Positions 10,116 through 22,830 of a DNA stretch of 39,633 nt are shown piece after piece; position 1 is the first letter of the stretch, and each line of letters opens with the position of its first letter. Under the pieces are notes generated by a model. That model did not search any database and was not told the origin of the DNA. It saw nothing but the letters and a program-made list of their open reading frames with translations. Made by a program: the position numbers and the translations under genes. The stretch is from Reclinomonas americana ATCC 50394 (Eukaryota): assembly GCA_048213135.1 (NCBI GenBank), contig PS015713.1, positions 12,334-51,966 on the forward strand, given 5' to 3'.

Positions 10116-13100
10116 ATGAGGCGAGTGTGTCTTTGTTATGTGCTTCTCTTCTCTTCCCTTCACTCTGACGATTGTTTCTTGCCTGCAGTCAACCACAGAG
10201 GAAGAAAGCATGGGAGATGGGAAAGGAAGGCGACGTGGATGCACTGCGCGAGTTGGTGACTCGTGAGGGCTCACAGCCTCTATTGACAGAGATGTATGCC
10301 TTTGGTGGTTCGGCATTCTACTATGCCGCTCGTTATGGGCAGATCTCAGTGTTGAGGTACTTGTGGGAGGAGAGTGGTGTCGGACCACCACTCGCACATG
10401 TTGTCGACAGAGATGGCTGGACGCCACTGATGGCGGCTGCTGAGAGTGGACATGAGCATGTAGTGGAGTGGCTGCTGGCCGATGAGCGACGGTGTCCGTG
10501 GCTGATGCGGGCAGTCGACAAGGTCTCACGGACGGCACTGCATTGGGCTGCCGTGAATGGCAACATGGACGTTGTGCGACTCCTCGCCACTCGCTATCCC
10601 GACCTCATTCCGCTGGTCGACAGCGAGGGCAAGACGGCGGCTCAGATGGCGCGCGATTTGGATCACCAGCAAGTGGTCGAGTTGCTCGACCGCTTCGCCA
10701 GCGGGGAAGAGCGACAGCAACAGCAAGCGGTGGCAGGTGTAGTTCATTGGCGTCTTGTGCAGATGGTTCTTCTCCACTCACAGCCCGTGTCCGTACCAAA
10801 CCCACAGTGTCTGCGCATCAGGTGAGAAACCTTGTCTCCTCGCATGGTGACTCCCGCTCTCAAGTGTTTACTTCCGCACAGGCGATTGACGACGCGCGCG
10901 AGCTCGCCGACCAGAAAGTAATTAACGCCCAGCTCCAGCACGATCTTGCCGCAGCGCAGCAGGAGCGACAGCAGCAGCAGCGAGAGTGGGATCTTCAGCG
11001 ACGAGAGCACGAAGACCTTGTTGCTCAACTGCAGCGAACCATCGCTGAGTGCAGTCACACTCTGGTGGAGCAGCAAGCGGAAGTGCAGCGTGCTCATGCT
11101 GCGGAGCAGCAGAGGACTGATCTCTTGCTAGAAGAACTCGCTGCTGAACGGCGAAGAGTGGTTGAGATGGAGGGCCAGCTGCGCGCACTCTTCCACATGG
11201 ACTTTCTCAGGTTTCTTTGGGACTTACTCTCTGCCTGTGTTCTTGCTAGAAGTCGCCTCACTCCTTTTGTTGAATGCACAGCGACCGCCGTCCCATCTAT
11301 ATGCTCACCGAAGTCGTGCACGAAATCATTCCCCTGGCACTCGGCTCCCTCCTGCAACATCTCATTGCTGATTTCTTCCCTGCCGAATTTGACATTGAGC
11401 AACTTTGTCTCCCAGCTCCACCGCCGAGGTGCTGAAATGGCGACTGCCTCTGATGTGCTGCGTCTCACGCGCTCATTCTGCCTCACAGATACTGTCGGAT
11501 GACCCTGGACAAGCGTGGCAATATTCGCATGCGCTCCGTCGAGCTTTTCCCGTCATGCTTCGAGGCGATCCGCGACTTCAAGCGGAGTGGCATGGCCACG
11601 GGCATGGACGTGTCGCTGCTGAGCACGCTGCTGTTGTACACAACTTTCGTTCCTGTCGCCGAGTGCCGAGATGAGGACCTGCTTGAGAGCGTCGTCCGTC
11701 TCGATCCTGTCACGAGCAAAGACCATGTTGCTGTGCGACTTCTCGCTGACCCCGCCAAGGTATGCTCTCCGCTTGTGCTATCATGGTCGACAGGGTGTTC
11801 TCATTGTTCTTCAATTTTCGTTGCAGATCCGAGCCGTGGAGAACCTACGAGATGTGCGCCATCGCGTGTCTCACCTGGCACGTCTATCTGCTCTCGACGA
11901 CGCGGAGTATGTGGGCGTCATGCGGCTGGTTCGTGACTCGCTCCACACTCTGTACCCCGACGGACGGCACGAGAGTATTCGTCTCTTGTTTGAAGCATAC
12001 GACAGTTGTGCCAGCACTTGCCCACTTGATGTCTTGTTTCCTTCTCATTGTCCTTAAGCACAGACGTGTGTCGCATCAATGTGACGGCCGAGCTGGTGAC
12101 GGAGAGAGCAGCCGGATTTGCCATTCGCGCCCCAATTGTGTCGTTCTCTGACTTGAAGACCTCGAGACAGCTTGCCGTCGGTATGGTCATCTGCGTATGC
12201 CTGCACCACTGCATGGATGTGAAGAGGCTCATCGCATCTACCTTTTGTCGCAGGTCAAAATGCTGTCTTCCATGCCACTCTCTGTCTCGGTGGCGAATCG
12301 CAGACCGTGGCGTACAAGCGATACTTTGTCAGTCCGCAGGCTCGCGATGCGCGAACGGGGGACTGGAATCGCGTTCACGCGTGCTTTGAAAACGAGCACT
12401 CTCTGTTGATGCAACTTGAGTTGCGAGCTTTCTTGCACTTGAATGCTGCCTCCTGTCACTTATGCGCCTCCCCTCCACAGTCACCCGCACATTGTAAAAC
12501 TGATGGCAGTGAGCAATGACGACCCGAGTGGTCTCGGTCTCGTTCTTGAATACGTCGGTGGCGAGGATGGAAGAGGGATTGCCGAGACACTGTACGACCT
12601 GGTGAAGGATGAGCGGACGACGACTCCACACCTGCTCCGCCTGCTCGTGCAAGTGGCGTCGGCGGTGGTGCACATGCACTCGCGACGAGTGGTGCATCGT
12701 GATCTCAAGCCTCAGAGTTGCGTCTTGGGGAGACAACAAGAGAAGAGGATTATGAGATGCTGATACAGCAAAGTGAGTTAATGAGAGGAAGAGGGAGAGT
12801 CAAGCAGGCGAGTGCGATCAGTGCTCGTACAAGTGGTATCTGCGGTTGTGCACAAGCACTCGCGTCAAATGCATCAACAGGATCTCCAGCCAAGATTGTT
12901 GCTTTGGAGAGAGTGATGGGAGACAGCAAGAGAAGATGTTGATACAAAGTTAGTTAATGAGAGAAAGAGGGAGAGACAACCAGACGAGTGCGAACAGTGC
13001 TCGTACAAGTTGTATCGGTGGTTGTGCACATGCACTCGCACGTCGAATGCGACAACGGGATCTCCAGCTATAGAGTTTTGTTTTCGAGAGAGTGATGGGA

Positions 13101-14240
13101 GAGAACGAGACTGCAACAGAAGAGGATTACGAGATGCCTATGCACAAGAGCGGATGAGAGACACAACAGTGGAAAAAAACTTCAAAGTCAATCACTGTTC
13201 TCTCACACTGCTGACCCTCTTCCCTCTGCACGGTCACAGACATTCTCATCAGCGAAGACCGACTCGTGGCCAAGGTGTGCGACTTTGGTGAGGCCAAGAT
13301 TCACGGCACTCTCGGCAAGATGCAGTCGAACCACGGTACGGCGGCATACGCTGCGCCGGAGGCCATGTTGGATCAGGAGGTGCACTGATGACATTCTCCT
13401 TTCTTGCTATGCGGAATGAGAATGGCGTTCTCTCATGTTCTTTCCTTCGCCACTCGCAGTACGATGAAAGGGCAGATGTGTATGGACTTGGCTCGCTGCT
13501 CTGGTTCATCGCCACTCGCCAGGAACCGTTCAGTGGAGTGACACTACAGGCGATTCTGCAATCTATGCGGGCCGGTGTTCTCCCCGCCAATCTTGACGAT
13601 GAGGCTGTGCGGGCAGGAGTGCCGGAGGATATTCGCAATCTGATTCGGCAGTGCTGGGTTGCGTGTTGGTGAAGTAGCTGGTGTGGCTGGGAGAGGTGGC
13701 TGCTCATTGCGCTCGCGTGTGATGCAGAGGCCGCAAGCCACTCGCGTGTCGGCATCGTATGTGCTGGACGAATTGAGGCGCTTGAGCGAGGCGGCAGCAC
13801 TGGCTGTGGGAGGAGTTGGACCGGCGGGGCCATCACAGTGAGTTGGAGAGTGACGGGCTGCTGCAAGCGAAGTCGGCGGTGCGCATGACTGCATGATAAA
13901 GAATCGCTCATTTTCCTCGCTCACACGCTGTTGTTGATCATACAGGTGCGTGGATCAGCGAGACGCTCGTCGGCCCACCGCCGAGCAGCTGGCAAATGGG
14001 GCGCGCCACTTGGCGGCACTGTCGGCAGCGTCGAGCATGCATGGTGTGCGCGTCAGATGCCTCGTGCGGCCACCTCATGTTTCGCTTGCGTGCGCAAGAG
14101 GTGGTTCGGGCAGTGCCTGGTGTGTCGTGTACTGGTCGACCTGGTCATTGGTGAACTTCTGGATATCACTCGTACCTGGCGCTGCAGTGTGTGGAAGGGT
14201 GTATGAGGAGGAGGAGTGTCAAAGGAGGATGCTTCTGTGA
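10116..14240 (+). CDS. Ankyrin - coiled coil - putative HEPN - protein kinase, paralogue B
   Basis: Same exon/phase structure as paralogue A: 10116-10120 (GC donor), 10189-10736, 10784-10821, 10882-11210, 11282-11428, 11489-11759, 11827-12004, 12064-12180, 12254-12419, 12481-12716, 13240-13379, 13460-13657, then 13728 to either the stop at 13841 or a splice to 13946 onward. Motifs RHRVSH, VAYK, HRDLKPQN, DFG, GTAAYAAPE. Confidence 0.88.
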
Positions 14241-14563
14241 TGATCGCGACGACTTGTGACTTGAATAATAACGAACAACAACAGCAACAATTCATTCACC
14301 AACAGCTGTCCTGATGACCAAGTCCAACCGTATCCAAAATATCAACACAAACACCGATCACGAGGCAGCAGCAACTTCCTTGTGTGTGTGTGTGTTCGTT
14401 CGGAGCTTTGAACAAGTCGATAACTGCGATCTTCACCGCATAAGCGTGGTTCGAACTATAATCAGAGTACAAGGGTGCTGTGCAGCATGGCAGGTTCCCC
14501 TCACCACGCCATTCTTCAGACTTCAGCAAGCGAGTTTTCCTGTTTCATGCAAACTGTCCAAAA

Positions 14564-15419
14564 ATGCAAGCCGACGGAGACGACCTCTCCTCCTACTCTG
14601 CTGCACAAGTGAGCACGTACACCCCCCACTCACCTCACCACTCTCTCTCTCTCTCCACACTCATTCATACTCTCTCTTCTTCTCTCAAGGAAACTCGCGC
14701 AGAGTGCGCGCGAGTGGCGCAATCAGTGCTCTCGTCTGTGAGTCCGCTCTTTGGACCTGGAGGGCGCAAGGTGTTGTGGCAGTCGAGTGTGCAAAGGTGC
14801 GGGTGAGAGAGAGAGAAGGGGGAGGGTGAGGGAGAGAGAGGGAGAGAGGGAAGGAGAGAGAGAGGGAAAGGAGATGGGAGGAATGAGAGCGAGAGAGAGA
14901 GAGGAGGGGTGAGAGAGGAGAGTGAGCGTGGTGTACGACAGTCCGCGTTGGCCGTACGAGACGAGAGAAGAGGTATTAGAGAGAGTGCGTGATACGAGAC
15001 AAGTGAGTTATGAGAGGAAGGAGGGAGAGNNNNNNNNNNNNNNNNNNNNNNNNNNNNNNNNNNNNNNNNNNNNNNNNNNNNNNNNNNNNNNNNNNNNNNN
15101 NNNNNNNNNNNNNNNNNNNNNNNNNNNNNNNNNNNNNNNNNNNNNNNNNNNNNNNNNNNNNNNNNNNNNNNNNNNNNNNNNNNNNNNNNNNNNNNNNNNN
15201 NNNNNNNNNNNNNNNNNNNNNNNNNNNNNNNNNNNNNNNNNNNNNNNNNNNNNNNNNNNNNNNNNNNNNNNNNNNNNNNNNNNNNNNNNNNNNNNNNNNN
15301 NNNNNNNNNNNNNNNNNNNNNNNNNNNNNNNNNNNNNNNNNNNNNNNNNNNNNNNNNNNNNNNNNNNNNNNNNNNNNNNNNNNNNNNNNNNNNNNNNNNN
15401 NNNNGTACGACGTACGTGA

Positions 15420-15467
<48 letters not shown>

Positions 15468-16548
15468 GAAGGGAGGCTCGGCTTCCTCTCATTCTCTGTT
15501 GTGCGAGTCTCCTCCGTTTCCCTCTGGGCAACTGTCAGCAGGGTGTCCTTGGATCACAGTATCTCCTTTCTCTCTCCCTCTCCCTCTCTCTCGTTCCTCC
15601 CTGCTCCCTTCCTATTCCTCCCTTCTCTCCTCCTCTTACCCCTTCTCCCCTTCATTGACCGCCCCCCCTTTCAGCACCCCCACCTCCCCCGGCGTCAGCA
15701 AACTGTGCGACTCGGCCTTCTCACTCCTCTCCGTTGCGTCCCCTCCACTCTCCCTCTTTCACTCACCCTCCTCACCACCTTCTGCTCTCCCCGCAGGTCG
15801 CTCCTGCACGCCACCCCTTTGCTGCCGTCTTCCGTCGCCTGGCGCAGACACAGTTCACCACAGACGGCGATGGTTGGCAACCCCCTTTTTTCACGAAGAG
15901 ATCCTCGCTCATTCCATGGCTGCAGGGACGACCTTTGCTGTTCTGCTTGCCACCGCCCTCGTGGACGCCGGACTGGCGCTGTGTGACAGTGCGCACCTGC
16001 ATCCGTGCGTGGTTACGCGACTGCTTGCTTCGTGTCGAGTGGACGCTGTGCGCGTGTGGGAGGCTGCTGCCGTTCCGCTGGATGCGGCGAATGTGGAGCA
16101 CCTGTGTCGCAGTCAGTTGATGAGCAAGTTGTCGCCGGAGGTGGCGCAAGTTGCGTGGCCATGGATCTATTATGTCGTGTCTCAATTGTCTTCTCTCAAC
16201 GCGGACGCGCCAGGAGGCTGCCGTGGCGTGCGCTACGATGGTAGCGTGGCATGGTTTATCGTCGGCATCGTCGGCGGCACCCGTTGGTGTCGCCATGCGT
16301 GTGCGACACCGCACGCACTGTCACTCGTTTGCCGGGGTCGCGTTTGCGCAGGCTGTTGCGTGGAATTCTCTGCAAACCCGAAGTAGCTGCTATCTTTTCT
16401 CCTCTCCCCTGTCACCTCAGGTTTCCCATCACTTGGTATTCTCTCTGTCTCTCTGTCTCTCTCTCTCTCTCTCCCCTCTCTCCTCTCGAAGTGATCTCTC
16501 GCTTTGTTTCGGCGGTCCGCTCTGTTTCCTCTCTCTCTCACTTGGCAT

Positions 16549-16585
<37 letters not shown>

Positions 16586-16601
16586 GTCTTCGTTCGTCGT
16601 C

Positions 16602-16657
<56 letters not shown>

Positions 16658-17110
16658 TTGCCTGGCCACCTTCCNNNNNNNNNNNNNNNNNNNNNNNNNN
16701 NNNNNNNNNNNNNNNNNNNNNNNNNNNNNNNNNNNNNNNNNNNNNNNNNNNNNNNNNNNNNNNNNNNNNNNNNNNNNNNNNNNNNNNNNNNNNNNNNNNN
16801 NNNNNNNNNNNNNNNNNNNNNNNNNNNNNNNNNNNNNNNNNNNNNNNNNNNNNNNNNNNNNNNNNNNNNNNNNNNNNNNNNNNNNNNNNNNNNNNNNNNN
16901 NNNNNNNNNNNNNNNNNNNNNNNNNNNNNNNNNNNNNNNNNNNNNNNNNNNNNNNNNNNNNNNNNNNNNNNNNNNNNNNNGTTCTCTCTCTCTCTCGTCG
17001 TCTCTCTCTCTCTCTCTCTCTCTCCTCTTCTCTCTCTCGTCTTCGTTCGTCGGTCGTCTCTGTTTCTCTCTCTCTCTCTCTCACGTGGCATTCTCTCTCT
17101 CTCTCGCTTG

Positions 17111-17154
<44 letters not shown>

Positions 17155-19738
17155 CCCTCCTTGCATCGTCGGTAGTTGACCTTTGTCTCCTCGACGTTCG
17201 CTTCTTGGTTCTTTCCCTCATGTGGTTGGCGCACTCCCTGACTCTCTTTCTCCTCTTTCTCATTCGTGCACAACTCGTGCTGCTCTGGCCTCCACCGACT
17301 TCCTTTTTTGTAGCTCCATGCTGTCACTCTTCTGTTATGCCTGCTGGGTTCTCTTTTATGTCTCCCTGTCTCCTCACACCCTCCCCCCTCTTTCCACAGC
17401 CCGCCGACATCACCGAGGACGACACATCCCCTCCCCGCCTCAATCAACGCATCCTCCTGCTGGCCGACCCACAAGCGCTCCGTCTCGAGGAGCAAGGCCG
17501 CGTCAAATTCCGCACGGCGGCCGAGCGAGTGGCTGTCGTCAACCAGGAGCGCGATGCGCTGCAAAGGCATGTGCTTGCTGAAGTTATCCAAGGAGTAGTC
17601 TCTTCTCTCATACGCGGCTGTAGGCAAGTGGACGCTGTTGTGCGCACCGGCGCCGACGTGGTGCTGGCGGTCGGCACGCCGGCTCCGTCAGTGGTGCGCG
17701 ACCTCGCTCACCGCGGCGTGCTGGTTCTCAGCGGCCTCTGTGTCGACGATGTGCGTCGCGCCGAGGCTGCGCTCGGCGGCCGCCTCGTGCACTCGCTGTC
17801 TGTAAGCGGGGACGTGGTGTGTGGTGTGGCCGGCAGAGTGCACTGCGAGGTGGCGGGCGAGTCGGATCGGTGGACGGTGCTGGAGGCTGCCGAGGGACGT
17901 GCGCAGGCCGGGCAGCTGATTGTCGAGGCGCCGACGTTGGAGGAGGCCGTGCATTTGGCGCAGTTGCGGGGGAGGGGGAAGGAAGGGGAAGGGAGAAGGG
18001 AGAAGGGGAAAGGGGAAAGGGAGATGAGGGAAGGAGATAATGTATTGTTTGTCGACCTGCTGCGCGAGTGATATCGCTGAAACTTCCGGTCTCGTTCTCT
18101 CTCTCATTCGTTCTGTCTTTCTGTCTGTTTCGTATCTAGTCGCTCTCTCTCCCTCTTGTGTGTTTGCGTCTCTCTGCATGTCTGATTCCTGTTTGCCTCT
18201 CTGCCGGATCGTTTGCCTATCTGTCTCTCGCTCTCCTTCTCTCTTCTCACCTCTCTTTCTCTCTCTCTTCTCTCTTCTCTCTTCTCTCTTCTCTCTCTCT
18301 CTCTTCCCTTCCCTTCCCTTCTCTCCTCCCCCTCACAGATGCATCCAGCGCTGCGTTCGCAGCACCACCCGCTGCCTGCAGCGCTCTTCCTCCATCCTAC
18401 CCGGCGGCCTTGCTGCAGAAGCCCTGCTGGTGACCCGCCTGAAATCGTTCGCCAGTCTCCCACCCATGCTCGCCATCTCCTCTCCTGTCTCACACTCTTC
18501 ATCACAGCAATCACGAACAGCACGGAGGCCACGCGAGAGTCCTCGACATGTTCATTCGTTGCATCGAAAAGTGCGCACGATGCCTGCTACACAATGGCGG
18601 ACACAGCCAGCACCCCAGCAGCGATGTGTGGGAGCAGCTGGTCGCTGCGTGGCGGTCTGCAGATGCGCCGGCGAGCGAGTGGTGTGTGGTGGACTCATTT
18701 GGCGGCAAGTCACTGGCCGTCGGCGAGGCCGGCAGTCTCACGTGCGATTCGTTGGAGTGTCGAGTGGCTGGTGAGTCGAAACAGCGATTCTGTCGCCAGC
18801 AGTGATATCTTGTCTCCTCGCTGGATCCTTCTCCCTCAGTTCCTCCTCCTCGGCCTTCTTCTTCCTCCCACGCCTAGCTGTGCCATTATTCATCCTCGTC
18901 TTCTGTCATCCAGTTGTACTCTTCCACGTGCGCCCCTCTCATCCGAATTGCAGTCATCTGAATCGCCAGTTTTGCTGCTCTCCAATGTTTTCTCACTCAC
19001 TCTCTCCCCGCCCACTCCATCTTTCTTGCACGCGACCTCATCGCCAATCGACTGCTCTGTTTGTTGGTCAGTTGACTCTCGTCCCCCGACGCCTTCGGTC
19101 TCTCTCTTGTGTGTGTCGTTCTTGTTACCGCTTTCTTCACCATGCTGGTCTCCTACCTCTTCCTCTCTCGTCTTTCCCTGTCCTTCTCTCTCCACCTTCC
19201 ACATCCCATCTTTCTTGTCCTCCCGTCTCGTCGACTGCTCTCTTTGATGCACCTCGTCTTCTGTCATTACGTCCCTCTCACACCTCCCCCTTCCCCCTCC
19301 CTTCCCCCCTCTCGCAGCCCTGTCCTCCGCCATCGACACCGCCTCCCTCCTCCTCCGCACCGACTTTCTCGTCCGCTCCGTCGACCTCCGCGGCACCACC
19401 ACCATTGCCTCTATGCCACCCCCTCAAGCCACCGACCCAGCCCCGCAAGAGGAGGACGAGGAGGACGCGCTGGCGGCAGGAACCTACCGACGCGCCTCCT
19501 CCTCCTCCTCCTCGTCTACCTTCAAGTCGCCCTTCTCTTCGAGTGCATGGAGCGAGCGCGAAAAACAAAAACACGAGCGCAAGGAGCGCAAGTTCTACTC
19601 ACAGGTGTGTGCATCACCAAGTCTCTCACTATCTCTGTCTCCCCGCCTCTCATCATTGCGCAGCCGGAACGCGAACGCCGCGCGCGCTTCGAATCTCGAC
19701 TGGAGGTCGATCCGCGACGCCGCGCCGGGGACGACTGA
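14564..19738 (+). CDS. Divergent group II chaperonin-like protein (CCT/TCP-1 family; possibly BBS6/10/12-like)
   Basis: Spliced exons (14564-14608, 14690-14796, from 15675, 15797-15872, from 15926, about 17400-17962, from 18339, 18508-18770, 19318-19604, 19664-19738) give the chaperonin motifs in order: SPLFGPGGRK, HPFAAVF..AQTQ, DGD|GTT, LPGGLAAE, LLHNGG, DSLECRVA|ALSSAIDTASLLLRTD. Two assembly gaps lie inside it. Confidence 0.82.
15030..15403. other. Assembly gap (N run)
   Basis: N characters in the sequence. Confidence 1.
16675..16980. other. Assembly gap (N run)
   Basis: N characters; similar CT-rich sequence on both sides. Confidence 1.
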
Positions 19739-19762
19739 AAAAGAGCCCTTCTCCCCCACGTT

Positions 19763-20579
19763 TCAATCAAACAGATGAAAGGCGAACAGGCGCTGCCGGT
19801 CGGCGAGGAACACGCGGTCGTACTGCGGCTCGTACACCATCGACTGCGGCGTGCGCGGCATGCGCTGCGTCTTGACGACCTCGCCCGTGGCCGTCGAATA
19901 CACGGTGACATTCGACGAGTCCTCGCCCGTAGTCACAATGCCGGCCCCGGCCGCGCAAAACGTGGGATGGTGAATGGCGTGGCCGCACACAAATTGCGCC
20001 CCCGAGTGTTTTTTCAGGGCGAAACTGCGGCGAGCAATGAGTACACACCCTAAATAATGAAGAGAAGGGTGGGGCACGCAACAGCATGCGATTGGGAAAG
20101 CGAATGTCAAAGAGGTGGATTTCGCGATCGAACGAGGAGGAGGCGAGGAGGGTCGATCGCGGCTCCGGTGCCCAGCACACCGAGTTGACGACGCGGTCGT
20201 GCGCGTCGGGAATGGAGACGATGGGTGGCGAGGAGGTGGCGAGGCGCGTGTCGACCACTTGGATCACGCGGTCGTTGCCGGTGGAGGCGAAAATGTGCGG
20301 AGTGGAGAATTTGACGGCTGGGGGAGGGGAGGGGGGAAGGGGAGGGGGAAGGGGAGGGGAAGGGGAAGGGGAAGGGGAGGAGAGGGGAGGGAAGGGGTGA
20401 GGGCGTGAAGGGATCGGAAGAGGGAGAGAAGGAGTGGAACGCACATTTCACAACCCCCGAGTGGAGATCTGTATAATGCTGCAGTTTCACAATGCCGGAG
20501 GGGGTGAGGCACGACAAGTGCACCTGAGCGGAACAAGTCAGTCCACGGGCAGACTCTCCATTCCGTTACCCTGTGCGCA

Positions 20580-20611
<32 letters not shown>

Positions 20612-22506
20612 CCCACTCTCTTCTATCACAGGTCAATCAACATGCAGCCTCCTCGTACCTCTTCCCCGGCAACATCACTCGCTCTTCCTTTCCCCCGCTC
20701 TCTTCTACCACAGGTCAGTCAATATGCAGACTGTTCGCTCCGTTACCCAGTCCCACCACTCAACAGGCAGCATCTACGTTCCGTTTCCCCGCAACATCAC
20801 TCGCTCTCCGCTCCTCCCCGCTAAATAAGAAGCCTCTTCGTCCACATCACCCGCTCTCCCTTCCCCAACAACAGGAAACCTTTTCGTTCAACTTCCCCGT
20901 CCACATCACTCTCCCGTTCTCCGCCCTCATCAAACACAAGTCACTCAACAGTCAACTTCGTCGTTCAGTTACTCATCCACATCACTCGCTCTTCTTATCA
21001 CACTCTCTTCTTGCAGGAAGGCTCTCCGTTCTGTTACCCTGCCCACTTGCTCTCTTCCCCCGCTCTATCACTCTCTGTCTTCCATTACCCCGTCCACATC
21101 ACTCGCTGCATCACCTTTTCTTTCCCTTGTTTTCCTCTTCTCCATTCCCCCTCCTTCCCCTTCTTCGCCGCTTCTCTCTTTTCTCCTTTTCCCACCCTCC
21201 CCCTCCCTTTCCCTGCTTTCACACACCGTCTCATCCTTGCTGCCGGTGACAATTGTGCCGTCCAACTCATCCATGGTGTAGATACCGGCGTCGTGCAGCG
21301 TCGTGGTGGTGAATTCGGGTCGCACGTCGCCGTCTGCTGTCATGTCCACGCCGGGGAGGGGTGTACGGAAGAGGCTGACGGAGCCGTCGTCGGAGGAAGT
21401 GAGGAAGGAGTAGGCGGTGGTCGAGAGGAAGACGACCTGAGGAAGGGGGGAGGGGGGAGGGGGGAAGGGGAAAGAAGGAAAGGGAACAGAGTAAGAGAAA
21501 ACCATCATATGTGAAAGAGATAGAGCAATGGCAACAATAATATAACAAACCTGCGATATCCAGCGAGTGTGCGGCTACAATCACCGACATGATGTGAGCC
21601 ACAGATTCGCCACCTTCTCCCACTTTCCCCGACGAACCTTGAAGGAAAAGTACGACACATTCGTGCCCTCCTCACTCGCGCGCCCAATCGGAGCCGAATA
21701 GAACTTGATGTACCCCTGCGCCAGCGTCAGCACGCTGCATTCCTTCCCAAAGCCCTAACGTCCTCACCTTTTCACCTCCGGCGGCCACCAGCTCACACTC
21801 GGTGCGGTCGGTGGCCATGGTGTAGGCCTTGAAGCGGACGGTGAGATCCGAATCGACCCACTCGCCGCACGCTTTGAAATAGGCTGTGGGTGATGGTGAG
21901 AGGACACTTCAGAAAAGCACATCGAGTGAGTCGCGCAACTCTTGTTCTTCACCACCCACGCCGACATGTCGGCGACTGGTGGTCTGATGATCTTTCGCAG
22001 TGCACGATCCCGATCGCGCAGCACGTGAATAAGATGGCGCTGAGTTGCGGATGGCGCAGGCCTCTCGTCTGCTTCCTCCTTGTCGCATTCTTCCTCCTCC
22101 ACAGCCGCAGAAGGCATGGCTTCTTCCGCGACCTCCTCCTTGCGCTGCAACAGAGCAGCGACAGTTCGTGCGCGTCGGGTGCGCACACTCGGCGCCGGTT
22201 GCCATTCCTCTTCCACTTCCACCTCCTTCTTCTGCTCCTCACTTTCGCCCTCTGATGAGCTGGCCAACCGTGTGCCCTTCTCCGACACTGCGCCCGTGCG
22301 CCGGCGCTTGATGGCGCGCTGACGGCGAGTGGATATGCGCGGCACGTAAACGTAGTAGTCGTCGTCGTCGTCGTCGTCGTCGCTGCCGTTGGGGGCGGGG
22401 GTGGGAGTGGTGGTGGTGGTGGTTGCGGGAAGGTGGGTGGAGGCAGGAGATACGACAAAAGTCGTCAGGCGGGATTGGGTGGCGGAAGGGGTGGGGGGAG
22501 GGCGGG
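19763..22506 (-). CDS. WD40-repeat protein with a low-complexity acidic/basic N-terminal region; 5' end not resolved
   Basis: Minus-strand exons give FLTSSDDGSVSLF, HDAGIYTMD..IVTGSKD, HSGVVKC|VKF..FASTGNDRVIQVVDTR, AHDRVVNSVCW..LLASSSFDREIHLFDIR, IVTTGEDSSNVTVY; stop at 19763. The exon starting at 22506 follows a ctgcag acceptor, so further exons lie upstream. Confidence 0.82.
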
Positions 22507-22599
22507 CTGCAGGGTGGAGGGGAAGGGGTGAGATGGGAGGGAAAGGGATGGGGGGAGGAGGAGGTGGGAGAAGGAGGTGGGAGAAGGAGGAGGGGGAGG

Positions 22600-22622
22600 A
22601 GGGGAAGAAGAAGAACAACAGC

Positions 22623-22657
<35 letters not shown>

Positions 22658-22830
22658 GTAAAAGAAGAAGAAGAATAAACAAGAAGAAGAGAAGAAACAA
22701 GAAGAAGAAGAAGGAGAAGAAAAAGAAGAAGAAGAAGAAGAAGAAGAAGAAGAAGAAGGAAAGAAGAACAAGAACAAGAACAAAAACAAGAACAAGAACA
22801 AGAACAAGAACAAGAAGAAGAAGAAGAATG
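22600..22830. repeat. Compound (AAC)n/(AAG)n/(AAGAAC)n microsatellite
   Basis: Directly visible; it accounts for the poly-K/F/L/N ORFs in the track. Confidence 0.95.

Noticed and set aside
5494-14240. Calling A and B pseudogenes or true RNase L/Ire1 orthologues
   Set aside because: The apparent fragmentation resolves into phase-consistent introns; domain order and HEPN-like subtype differ from RNase L/Ire1, so only analogy is supported.
16490-17110. Similar sequence on both sides of the 16675-16980 gap
   Set aside because: Probably the same intronic microsatellite region assembled twice.
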